The notes beneath the pieces are model-generated. The model worked only from the letters and a program-made list of their open reading frames with translations, was not told the origin of the DNA and did not search any database. Source: a virus. Taken from it: 38,805 nt of DNA. The translations under genes were made by a program, and so were the position numbers. Shown here piece by piece: positions 26,947 through 35,940 of the stretch. Location: UHGV virus genome UHGV-0123934. The stretch is one strand, 5' to 3'. How positions within the stretch are numbered: position 1 is the first letter of the stretch; each line of letters starts with the position of its first letter.

Positions 26947-27180
26947 CTATCCGATAATATGGTTCAGTGCCTCCTCGATGCCCGTCAGTCCGAGCGAAGC
27001 GGTCATCGCATCGACCAACGTCGCATAAGTTACGGCAGCACCCGTACCGTTGCGGTCGATTTCGATAAGGTCGGTGGCTGCCAAAGTCGTCACCTTCGGG
27101 AGTTGAGAGAGCGTGATCGTATCGGTATCCGATCCGGTTGCAAGCCGTCCTATAATCGCCCCTGTTTGTTCTGTTGCCAT
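26947..27180 (-). CDS. hypothetical small protein (tail fibre module)
   Basis: 77-aa ORF tightly packed between the tail fibre and LRR genes. Confidence 0.4.
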   Translation of the reverse strand: MATEQTGAIIGRLATGSDTDTITLSQLPKVTTLAATDLIEIDRNGTGAAVTYATLVDAMTASLGLTGIEEALNHIIG

Positions 27181-27184
27181 AATT

Positions 27185-29323
27185 CTATTCTTCGTAAATC
27201 TTGAATTCGGACATCATCTGATAAGTTACGTGCCACATGCATTTGGCGGAGGAATAGGGCGACGGCACAGCCAACAGTTGCAGTAGTCCTCCGTAGGTCT
27301 CGATGCGAGGAACCGGCAGATAGCCCATTCCGTAGGCATCTTTCTTCAGTGTCGTCACGATGCCCGACTGCGTGTCGTCCGCCGCAAGTACCAGACTGGG
27401 CGACGAACGGGTGCGGATCGGACAGTCGTAGAGGTTCACCACGCTGCCGATATATTCGGCCGATGTCGGCAGGTTAAGCCAAATGAGGTAAGTGCCGAAA
27501 TCCGCGCCGTTGGCGATCAGGTTGAAGTTGCGGTTCAATGTATACTTGCGGGTCGAGGCGTTGTAGTCCGTGCCTTCGTCCGTGAAGTATTTGAACTGCA
27601 CCTTCGAATATCCGCTGAAGATACCGCTCGCCATTTCGACATGTCCGTCTTCGTAGATGCGTGTGGCAGCCGTCGCAGCATTCTCGATACCGTCCGCGCC
27701 GGCGAAGAACATCAACTTGCCGTGCTTCGACGTCGGAGCGCCTTTCAATGCGCAGCCAGCCATACCCGCTACGACCTTCTTGTCCGTATCATCCTTTACG
27801 CCGACGAACCCTGACAGCACCACACCGCTTCCGGCATCGATCTCCGTCGAGATATCCTGAAAGTTCTCGCGCAGATACTCCAGATCGCTGTTGTCGCTTT
27901 TCGCCGCTTCGTCCAAGAGCGCTCCGATCGTCCGGCGGGCCGTGTAGTAAGCCTCGATGTCGGCGAAATCATCCTCGACCGGAATGAACTCCGGTTCCGG
28001 CTGCGTATATTTCCCGATGGCGGCGACGGCCCGCTGATAGGCATCTTCGTAGGGTGTCCACTCATCGGCGAGCAACCGAACGGCGCGCCGCTTGCCGTGC
28101 ACCATAAGTATTTTCCCGTTCGCGCTGCGATAACGAAACACAGAGAGCAGCCGCAGGGCATTGGCGCGGAGTTGTTCGTATTCGGTTCGGATATCCTGCA
28201 AGCGCTCTTTCAGGAACGACTTCTCCACAGGAGAGACGTACTCATCGGAGTTGATACGACCGAGCGTCTCCAACGTCGAGGAGATCGTCTGCATCAACTC
28301 GTCGAAATCCGTTCCGGCATCGGGCTTCGCGGGATCGATGCGACCGAAGCGTAAGATCCCGTTGCGGAAACTTACGCCATAACCCGTCGTACGGTTGAAG
28401 AGCTGCATATCGCCCGTCGCGGAGTCGAACCACGAGTCGCCCGACCTGTCCGAGAGGAAGCCCGAGAGGTAGATGTTTTTCAAATAGGCCGAATAACCGG
28501 TCATATCCAGACCGTGCGCCTTGAGATTCGAAAGGTCGCCGAACTGCGCTGCGATATTCTCCGTGCGGATCGTCCAGTCGTCCATACCCGTGAGAAACCG
28601 CAGGTAGGTGCGGGTTTCGTAGCGGGAGGTCCGGCGCTCCTTGTCGGTCGTATTGCCGAATGCCACGAACTGCATCGCCGCCTGCGGGTGATAGGGATAA
28701 CCCTCGCGCAATTCGTACCGCCATTCGGCGTAGGTATCGCGGTCGAGGCACTCGGTAAGCCGGAAGTAGCAGGTTGTGAAGCCGGCATAGGTGCGGTTGC
28801 CGAACGAGTCGTCCGAATCGACGGTATTGCCGCTCGATGCGTCCATTGCCGAGTTCAGAAAGATGCCGATACAGAGATCGTTCTCGCGTAGGGTGCTTGT
28901 TTCGCCCTCCTCCAACTTGACGACCAGCATCCGGTTCTCCGGCGAGACGAGCTCGACGATGCCGCCGCCCGGAGCGGACCACCGATCGCCGACGACCGTT
29001 TCGATGCGGTTGTAGCGATATTCGGGGACCTCCAGGAACTCCTCCAAATGAAGCCGCCGCAGGTACGTATCGCCCATAACCGATAAGTCGCCCGAGATCG
29101 TACCGCCTTTCTTGTCCAACTTCTTGTCGAGTTCGCCCGACAGTCCCGTGATGTCGGAGACGGCGTGCGTATGCTTCTTCGGAGCCATTACGCTTTTGAT
29201 CTCCTTACCGGAAACCTTCATCGATGCGGCGGCTGTCGGGACGTCGACGATGAACTCGAATGCGTCGAACTCCGCCAATTGTCCCGAAGCGCTCGCGAGG
29301 TCTTTGATGCGAACTTCGTCCAT
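27185..29323 (-). CDS. phage tail fibre / receptor-binding protein
   Basis: ATG at 29323 (ORF track extends to 29503); N-terminal KKHTHAVSDITGLSGELDKKLDKKGGTISGDLSV-type fibre segment. Confidence 0.55.
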   Translation of the reverse strand: MDEVRIKDLASASGQLAEFDAFEFIVDVPTAAASMKVSGKEIKSVMAPKKHTHAVSDITGLSGELDKKLDKKGGTISGDLSVMGDTYLRRLHLEEFLEVPEYRYNRIETVVGDRWSAPGGGIVELVSPENRMLVVKLEEGETSTLRENDLCIGIFLNSAMDASSGNTVDSDDSFGNRTYAGFTTCYFRLTECLDRDTYAEWRYELREGYPYHPQAAMQFVAFGNTTDKERRTSRYETRTYLRFLTGMDDWTIRTENIAAQFGDLSNLKAHGLDMTGYSAYLKNIYLSGFLSDRSGDSWFDSATGDMQLFNRTTGYGVSFRNGILRFGRIDPAKPDAGTDFDELMQTISSTLETLGRINSDEYVSPVEKSFLKERLQDIRTEYEQLRANALRLLSVFRYRSANGKILMVHGKRRAVRLLADEWTPYEDAYQRAVAAIGKYTQPEPEFIPVEDDFADIEAYYTARRTIGALLDEAAKSDNSDLEYLRENFQDISTEIDAGSGVVLSGFVGVKDDTDKKVVAGMAGCALKGAPTSKHGKLMFFAGADGIENAATAATRIYEDGHVEMASGIFSGYSKVQFKYFTDEGTDYNASTRKYTLNRNFNLIANGADFGTYLIWLNLPTSAEYIGSVVNLYDCPIRTRSSPSLVLAADDTQSGIVTTLKKDAYGMGYLPVPRIETYGGLLQLLAVPSPYSSAKCMWHVTYQMMSEFKIYEE

Positions 29324-29671
29324 AACGACGTGAAAATAACGCTTCGCCGAACCTTTTTCGGGATACAAAGTCCCTAATTCCGAAGAATGCCTTATCTTTG
29401 TAATTGCATTCCGCTCTGTCGGGATGCGACATATTATTCGACTTAACCTCGGAAAAAACTGGTAATTTTTTAGCAAATGGTTAAGCACTCCGTATCCTCG
29501 CATCGAACGGCTCCTGCCGTAAGGTTCGGGATATGGTCATATCCCTGCTTTACGGCGTGGGCTATACGTGCTTATCATTTGCAGGTATACCAGTACCTTT
29601 CCGAGATAGGCGGCAGTAGGCCCACGTTCTTTTTTGTCCGGCGGACAGACGCGATCCTATCTGCCATTTCG

Positions 29672-30181
29672 ATGATTATGAAAGCAACGAATCGAATACC
29701 GGATCGCCGTGTCGTGCGACCGTTGACCGCACGGATATTGCGGTCGTTTCTGGTGGCGTCGGAACGCTCGCATCACCATATTTATGCGCTGTGGGAACAC
29801 GCATCGATCCTGTCATTTGCGATAAAGAATGCAGACGGCGAATATTTGTCTTTGCGAGAGTTTTTCAGCAAGGGCGATGCGGTTGCGCCCGACGATCCGC
29901 TCATCGTCATCTTCCACGAAATGCATATCGAAACCGTGGAAGAATTGACCGCTGAATATATCGAACGCATTTATGAATCGTTTCTCTACCATCATTGCGA
30001 GATGGAATTGCGCCGCAACGCCCCGCTCCGTTTGACTCCGGAATCGATACGACGATACGGCTTGACCGAGGCGGATGCTGTCCTTGTCGGCGAGCATCTC
30101 GAAGTCCTGAACGAGATGATCCGTCGGAAACTCCAGCGGCAATACGACGAACTCAAAGCCTTGGATTGCATTCGGAAGTAG
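29672..30181 (+). CDS. hypothetical protein
   Basis: ATG 29672 inside ORF 29477..30181; GC-rich, divergent from the tail fibre gene, upstream of the SIR2-NTPase gene. Confidence 0.4.
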   Translation: MIMKATNRIPDRRVVRPLTARILRSFLVASERSHHHIYALWEHASILSFAIKNADGEYLSLREFFSKGDAVAPDDPLIVIFHEMHIETVEELTAEYIERIYESFLYHHCEMELRRNAPLRLTPESIRRYGLTEADAVLVGEHLEVLNEMIRRKLQRQYDELKALDCIRK

Positions 30182-30255
30182 TATTTTAAGTACTATCATA
30201 AGTTTTATGGAGTAGATTCTCATTCTTTTTTGCTGGAAATTGCGAAATAAAGAAG

Positions 30256-30279
30256 ATTTTGCTATTTTTATAGCAAAAT
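30256..30279 (+). promoter_or_regulatory. perfect 10-bp inverted repeat attttgctat-tttt-atagcaaaat, operator-like, 8 nt upstream of the SIR2-NTPase start
   Basis: Read directly from the sequence. Confidence 0.5.
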
Positions 30280-30287
30280 AATATAAT

Positions 30288-32780
30288 ATGGACGCTAAGA
30301 TTGAAAAACTTAAATTCAGCCTGCGACACAATAATCCTAATTTATTTGTTGGTGCAGGGTTTTCGTTAGGTGCTACTCTGCAAAATAATGCACCGATTCC
30401 AAGTGGAGCGACATTAAAAGATGGCATTATTACAAATATCCTTAAATACCCGAAATCCAGCCCGGAATATAATGAACTTTCCATATTACCATTGTGTAAA
30501 GTTTGTACTATTACAGTCGCAGAAAAAGGTCGTGAAGAACTTTATTCTTATTTACAGTCCATATATCAAAATGTGCAACCAGCCGAATTCCATAAATCAT
30601 ATATTAAATATCCTTGGCATAACATATATTCGACCAATATCGATGATGTAATTGAAAATGCTTGTGCAATTGAGAATGTGCCTATTATTATATATAATGA
30701 GCCACATAACCCTAAACCAAAACAAGATAAAAGTCTTGTATTATATAAATTGCATGGCTGTGTTAATAACATGGACGCAGGCGTTATTTTTGATGAGGAA
30801 GAATATATCGATTCTATTTTAGATAGAACTGACCATAGATTTGGTAATTTATCTATTGAATTTCAAACAAAAGATTTTGTTTTCGTTGGATCTGATTTTG
30901 ATGATTTTAACATTAATTATTATTTAAGTTTATACTCAGCAAATGGTACAGATTCAGGCCGAGGAAATTTGTTTTTTATTAATCCAAAGCCATCATATGC
31001 TTTTAAGAGTAGGATAAAGCAGGTTGGAGGAATTTTGATAGAATTCAATGCGAAGCAATTTGCAGAATTGATTGATTCCATAAGATTTGATTTAGAGACA
31101 ATAAACGAAACCAAACTGTCGTATGATGGTTATGTGCGTGTCAAACAATTAAAAGACAATTTGTCGTCAAATCATTACGATTCGGATTTATATCTTGGAG
31201 CGCGTCCGAAATGGACAGATATTTTTTACGATTGGGATATTATTTTATCGCCCGCAATTAAGACATTCATTTCTACATTGGATGATTTTGAAATCGATGA
31301 TAAGAATACTTTGGTTTATGCTATACACGGGCGAGGATATTCCGGGAAGTCTGTACTAATAAAAAGACTTGCTAACATTCTCATTGATGCAAATTATGAA
31401 ATCATTTCATTTGAAGGAAAAAATTTCAACTCCAATAGATTCTTACATTATATAAATAAATCACAATATCACAAGTTTGCATTAATTGTTGATGATGCCA
31501 GTTATTTATATAGCCAGTTTGAATATTTGTGCAAGAAAGTATCTGGAAAAATTAAACTGTGTATTATATCGGCTTCAAGAATATTTCTTCATAACAAGCG
31601 AAAATATAGTCTTGTAAATATAAATAGCGTAGAATACGAGATGACAATAACTATAGATGAAGCTATTGCATCTGATATTATTAACAAATTAAACCAAAGA
31701 GGCTATTTAGGACGTATTCTTCGTTCCTGCCCAGATAAAGATTCTCAAATTCAATTCGCAAAAAATAATACGGATATAGCATCTGCTATTTTTGCTATTA
31801 CATATGGGAAAGATTTCCAACGCCGTTTTGCTGCAGATGTCAATAATATTATCAAAGATGGCAATTATAGAGATCCGCTAATCAAATTGGCAATTTTTCA
31901 GAAAATGCAATTAGCATATTGCCCTCGAGAGTTATTCGTTAGATTATATGGAAAGCGAATTATAGGGATATTGCAACGTATGGAGAATATTTTAAGAGAT
32001 GCGCATTCTCCACGCCTTGAGCTAAAAAATGATTTTATTGGAGATATTATCCTTAAAAATTCAACATCTGTAGAAATAATAAATAGTTTGAAAGAGCTAT
32101 TGGTATATATTTCATCAATGGTTGAAAACACCTCCAATTCTTACTGGAATGAGATTCAGTCTATATTAATGAGAGATAAGTTAGTTCGTGATGTCTTAAA
32201 TATAAAACCTTCTGATTTTAAGCAAATGCTATATGAAATAAGAGAATATTATTATGACAATTACAACTATTGGCTTCAATTAGGAATTGCGGAGCAATTG
32301 GCAGGAGATTATGATAAGGCGTTAATTCATTTTAGCCAAGCACAAATATACGGCCCCAAATCCTATATGGTAAAAAACGCAATTGGTCGCAATTATATAT
32401 TTCAGGCAATTAAAGAATTGGATAATGATATTGCTATAAAATTATTTAATGAAGGGAAATGTATTTTATTTGAATTAATTAAAAATAGAGAAGAATATCA
32501 AGCGAAAGCATATTCAACGCATACATATATTGCTGGATTGATAAGGTTTTATAAACGAAAGCACAATTTGAAAATTTCCTCAAAAGAAGCTAAAGAAGCA
32601 CAGTCTCTTATCAATACAATACGCATAAAATATAAAGGAGATCCAATATTTGAAAATTTAAACTCGACTTTCACTAAATTTATTTTACAACATTCTTCGA
32701 ATATGACATTAAATTTACAAGAGTTACAAATGTCATATAGAAATTGTGTAGATGAAGTGGAATTCATAGATATGGATTAG
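30288..32780 (+). CDS. SIR2-like domain protein fused to P-loop NTPase and helical repeat domain (SIR2-STAND / Avs5-like candidate antiphage protein)
   Basis: SIR2-family motifs LFVGAGFSLGA, IYSTNIDDVIE, LYKLHGCV, FVFVGSDFDDF; Walker A IHGRGYSGKS and Walker B FALIVDDA; C-terminal about 450 aa helical/TPR-like; strongly AT-rich. Confidence 0.75.
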   Translation: MDAKIEKLKFSLRHNNPNLFVGAGFSLGATLQNNAPIPSGATLKDGIITNILKYPKSSPEYNELSILPLCKVCTITVAEKGREELYSYLQSIYQNVQPAEFHKSYIKYPWHNIYSTNIDDVIENACAIENVPIIIYNEPHNPKPKQDKSLVLYKLHGCVNNMDAGVIFDEEEYIDSILDRTDHRFGNLSIEFQTKDFVFVGSDFDDFNINYYLSLYSANGTDSGRGNLFFINPKPSYAFKSRIKQVGGILIEFNAKQFAELIDSIRFDLETINETKLSYDGYVRVKQLKDNLSSNHYDSDLYLGARPKWTDIFYDWDIILSPAIKTFISTLDDFEIDDKNTLVYAIHGRGYSGKSVLIKRLANILIDANYEIISFEGKNFNSNRFLHYINKSQYHKFALIVDDASYLYSQFEYLCKKVSGKIKLCIISASRIFLHNKRKYSLVNINSVEYEMTITIDEAIASDIINKLNQRGYLGRILRSCPDKDSQIQFAKNNTDIASAIFAITYGKDFQRRFAADVNNIIKDGNYRDPLIKLAIFQKMQLAYCPRELFVRLYGKRIIGILQRMENILRDAHSPRLELKNDFIGDIILKNSTSVEIINSLKELLVYISSMVENTSNSYWNEIQSILMRDKLVRDVLNIKPSDFKQMLYEIREYYYDNYNYWLQLGIAEQLAGDYDKALIHFSQAQIYGPKSYMVKNAIGRNYIFQAIKELDNDIAIKLFNEGKCILFELIKNREEYQAKAYSTHTYIAGLIRFYKRKHNLKISSKEAKEAQSLINTIRIKYKGDPIFENLNSTFTKFILQHSSNMTLNLQELQMSYRNCVDEVEFIDMD

Positions 32781-35137
32781 AACCCACCCAACACCTCCGA
32801 CTTGAAGTTCTCTTTTCCGAGAACATACACCAAATCCCGACCCTTGGCAGTCAATTGACCGCCGAGGGTTATTCGTAGGTTCTGCGTGCTGCCGCTCATC
32901 GGAAGCATCGCCTGCAACTTCGACAGCGGCGCGATGACTTCGGGATCCGTACCGGCATTGGGATTGTCGCCGACCATCGCATAGGTAGGACCGTATGCCA
33001 GACCGCCGTTGGCCAATGCCGGCACGCTCTTTTCCGCATTCTTGTTGATGAGCGCCGTCATCACGGCTGCCGCCGCGACCATCGCAGCACCGATGGCGAT
33101 CGCCGCCCATGGGTTCGCGAGGACGGATTTCAACGCCGACTTGAAGGCGATGATCATCACGCCGAACTCGATGAGTTGCGAGCCGATATTTTTCAGAAAA
33201 GAGGCGAACTGCGTCAGGATCGCTTTCATCAGCCCTCCGAATCCCAAATCGCCGGCAATGATCTGCCCGATAGCCTCCGCCGCTGCGACGATGCTGTCGG
33301 CCATAAACTTCGACACCTGCTGATCGAAGCGCGTCATCACCTCCGCAATCGTGGCGTGGACATGCTCCAATGCCGCCGAGAACGACCAGCCTTTCGCCGT
33401 CAGTGCCGTCGTGTAGTTCTCGACGGTCGAGACCGTATCGGCGACGTGCTCCTGCAAGTATGCGCTGTTGTCGTCCGCCCAGCCGTATAACCCTTCGCGT
33501 ACCGCACCGAATATCGCCTGCATCTGCTGCGCGTATTGCGATGTTACGGGTTTCAGATCGCCCATTTTGAGTTTCGGCGCCGGCAGTTCCAACTCGAAGC
33601 CCTCGGGCAGAATGCCGTTCATCTTGACGACGGGTTTCAGGTCTTCGGGCTTGATATTCTTGATCCGCTCCAACTCTTTTTGCAGCTTCTCGATCTCGGC
33701 GTTCGCCGCAGCGATATCTTCGACAGTCGATTCGGGCAGTAGTTTCTTCTTTTCGAGGGCCTCGATCCGCGCCTGCAATTTACCGATGATGCCCGTGCTT
33801 TGTTCCGTCTGCGCGTTGGTTCCGGCGATGGACTTCATCAGCTCCTCGGTCTGCTTGCGAGCCTCGTCCGTTACCTTGTCCAGTTCGGCCTGCGCCTCGG
33901 CCGCCTTCTTCTCCGTTTCGCGTTTCTTTTCGATGGCTGCCGTCAGCAGGTCGTACTCCTTGCGCAAGGGTGCGAGTTTCGATTCGTCGGGTACTTTCTG
34001 CAAGGTAAAACCGGCGACCAATCCCCCGAAATTCGGAACCATCCGCGTCTTGGTCGTCGTGGCGATGATCTCTTTCTGCTCGGCGATATTTTCCTGCAAC
34101 TTGCGTTCGAGCTCGTCGAGCGATTCGGTCTCTGCCATCTCGTCGATCATCTTCTGCTTTTGGATGCGGGCATAGGCAAACGCCGCACCGAGCGCGAGGA
34201 TCGCCGCCATAATCAACCCGACAGGCGAGAGCAATGCCGTAAATCCTGCCGCCAGCATCGGCAGCACCTTGATCACGGCGCCGATTCCGAGCGAAAGGGG
34301 ACCGACCGCTGCGACCAGCCCCGCCACGACGACGATCGTCTGCATCATCGCCGGCGACATCGATTGCAACATCTGCACGACCGTCGAGAGCGCACCCGCC
34401 ACTTTCATCGCGAAAGGCATGATGGCCGCACCGATCTGTTCCAAGAAGTCGCCCCATGCGTTCTTGAGCTGCTGCACGGCTCCGAGTCCCGTTCGTGCGG
34501 CGGCTTCGGCCTGCCCGCCGAACTTGCGCTCCAACTCGTCGAGGATCATCGCCTGCGCTCTGGCTATGTCGCCCGTCTCGGCGAGTTTCTTGATCACCTC
34601 CGCCTGCTCCTTGGAGAAGGCTATGCCGGCACGCGACAGCGACGAGAGCTTCGTCGCGGGATCGGAGAGCGCCTTGCCCAACTGCAACGACGCCGCACCC
34701 AAATCCATCTCCAACGCCGTGGCGAGGTCCAATGCCAACGCCTGCGTGCGCTTGAAGTTCTCGCCTGTGATATTGGTAAAAGCCAACAGGCGGGCGGTGG
34801 ATTTGTCGAGAATCGTCTCGTCGCCGAAAAGCGTTTTGCTCTGCAACTCCGAAGCGTAGTCGGCCAGCTGCCGGAAGTTGTAACCGACAGCCCGATTCGT
34901 AACCTTGAGCGCCTGCTGCACCTTCGCCTCGGCTTTGGCCTGCACGTCGGCCAAGTGCAGCGACACGCCGCCCAATGCCGCAAGGGGCGCGGTGAGCTTC
35001 AGCGAGAGCGACTTGCCGACGGAGGTCAACTTCTTTTCGAGCGAGCCGAGACCTTTCTCGACCTGCTGCGCCTTCTGCTGGAACTCATACGAGTCGGCTC
35101 CGATCTTGATAAGCAGATCGGCGATTCTTCGGGACAT
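32777..35137 (-). CDS. phage tail tape measure protein (TP901-family-like)
   Basis: 786-aa protein with coiled-coil segments, central hydrophobic helices (IVVVAGLVAAVGPLSLGIGAV, GLIMAAILALGAAFAYA) and a TP901-type N-terminal core. Confidence 0.85.
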   Translation of the reverse strand: MSRRIADLLIKIGADSYEFQQKAQQVEKGLGSLEKKLTSVGKSLSLKLTAPLAALGGVSLHLADVQAKAEAKVQQALKVTNRAVGYNFRQLADYASELQSKTLFGDETILDKSTARLLAFTNITGENFKRTQALALDLATALEMDLGAASLQLGKALSDPATKLSSLSRAGIAFSKEQAEVIKKLAETGDIARAQAMILDELERKFGGQAEAAARTGLGAVQQLKNAWGDFLEQIGAAIMPFAMKVAGALSTVVQMLQSMSPAMMQTIVVVAGLVAAVGPLSLGIGAVIKVLPMLAAGFTALLSPVGLIMAAILALGAAFAYARIQKQKMIDEMAETESLDELERKLQENIAEQKEIIATTTKTRMVPNFGGLVAGFTLQKVPDESKLAPLRKEYDLLTAAIEKKRETEKKAAEAQAELDKVTDEARKQTEELMKSIAGTNAQTEQSTGIIGKLQARIEALEKKKLLPESTVEDIAAANAEIEKLQKELERIKNIKPEDLKPVVKMNGILPEGFELELPAPKLKMGDLKPVTSQYAQQMQAIFGAVREGLYGWADDNSAYLQEHVADTVSTVENYTTALTAKGWSFSAALEHVHATIAEVMTRFDQQVSKFMADSIVAAAEAIGQIIAGDLGFGGLMKAILTQFASFLKNIGSQLIEFGVMIIAFKSALKSVLANPWAAIAIGAAMVAAAAVMTALINKNAEKSVPALANGGLAYGPTYAMVGDNPNAGTDPEVIAPLSKLQAMLPMSGSTQNLRITLGGQLTAKGRDLVYVLGKENFKSEVLGGF

Positions 35138-35143
35138 AGCGGT

Positions 35144-35551
35144 TTAGGGTTTGTGTTGCAGATAGAGCATCCAGCCGGCCTCGACATCCGATAGTACCGC
35201 CGACCGCCCGTTTTCCACACGCGATATAGCCGCCACGATGGGGATCATCGTTTCGCCCTCCTGCGTATCTACCGGCTCGTCGGCGCCGATGCCCGACCAC
35301 TCGGCCACGCAACGGATATAGTTCTCGGTATGGTTCTCGACGGGCGGAGCGTAGCGCGAGATCATCTGCCGGATTGTCCGGTAACCCTTGCGGGAGTAGG
35401 AGTCCAGCAGCACGAACATCGCGCGGTAGCCCCACGCCATCGTCTCGAATTGCTTGAATGCCGTATCGCGCGAGGGCGCAACTTCGCCCAGATACTTCGT
35501 CGCCGACCGGCGGATATTGCCGGGATTACGATTGCTCAGTCCTCTGCTCAT
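35144..35551 (-). CDS. hypothetical protein (NPGNIR motif; possible lysis or virion protein)
   Basis: ATG at 35551 (upstream part of ORF 35144..35755 is low-complexity S/R-rich and overlaps the neighbouring gene). Confidence 0.4.
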   Translation of the reverse strand: MSRGLSNRNPGNIRRSATKYLGEVAPSRDTAFKQFETMAWGYRAMFVLLDSYSRKGYRTIRQMISRYAPPVENHTENYIRCVAEWSGIGADEPVDTQEGETMIPIVAAISRVENGRSAVLSDVEAGWMLYLQHKP

Positions 35552-35555
35552 TGCT

Positions 35556-35930
35556 TTATGATTTTCGGTTATTCTCGTCGTTCTCTTTGCGCTTGCGCTC
35601 CAACTCGGCTCTTTTGAGCAAGACCGGGCAATGTTCGGGCGGCGTTTCGCACTTGTAGGCCTGTCGGATGACGATGCGGCTGCGATCGATTTCCACGTCC
35701 TTGTGCTCGATGATGATTTCGAGTTTGCCGACCTTCTCTTCGAGTTTCTCCACACGCCCGTCCAGCCGCGTGATCTGCTCGGACTGGATCGCTACGACTT
35801 TCTCCGTGTTCGCTAATTCGGCGGAGTCGGCGGCCGCGTTCTCCTTGCGTTTCTTCGCGTTGAAAAAGAGAATCGTTCCCGCCAGACCGCTGGCGAGAAT
35901 GAAGTTCAGAATGATGGATAGTGTTTCCAT
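35556..35930 (-). CDS. membrane-anchored coiled-coil protein (holin/spanin-like candidate)
   Basis: N-terminal hydrophobic helix LSIILNFILASGLAGTILFF followed by a charged coiled coil. Confidence 0.45.
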   Translation of the reverse strand: METLSIILNFILASGLAGTILFFNAKKRKENAAADSAELANTEKVVAIQSEQITRLDGRVEKLEEKVGKLEIIIEHKDVEIDRSRIVIRQAYKCETPPEHCPVLLKRAELERKRKENDENNRKS

Positions 35931-35940
35931 AGTATTGCAC

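Noticed and set aside
26242-29323. Diversity-generating retroelement targeting the tail fibre or LRR gene
   Set aside because: No reverse transcriptase ORF and no obvious template/variable repeat pair within the window
29324-29503. N-terminal 60-codon extension of the tail fibre ORF
   Set aside because: Extension is non-protein-like and starts on a non-ATG codon; the ATG at 29323 begins the conserved fibre N-terminus
33800-35194. 464-aa plus-strand ORF inside the tape measure region
   Set aside because: Arg/Gly/His-rich junk-like translation antisense to a clearly recognisable tape measure protein
35552-35755. Possible G/GT-like frameshift overlap between the two small genes upstream of the tape measure
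   Set aside because: The overlapping portion translates to a low-complexity Ser/Arg-rich stretch and the upstream protein has a TM helix; more likely a chance open frame in GC-rich DNA
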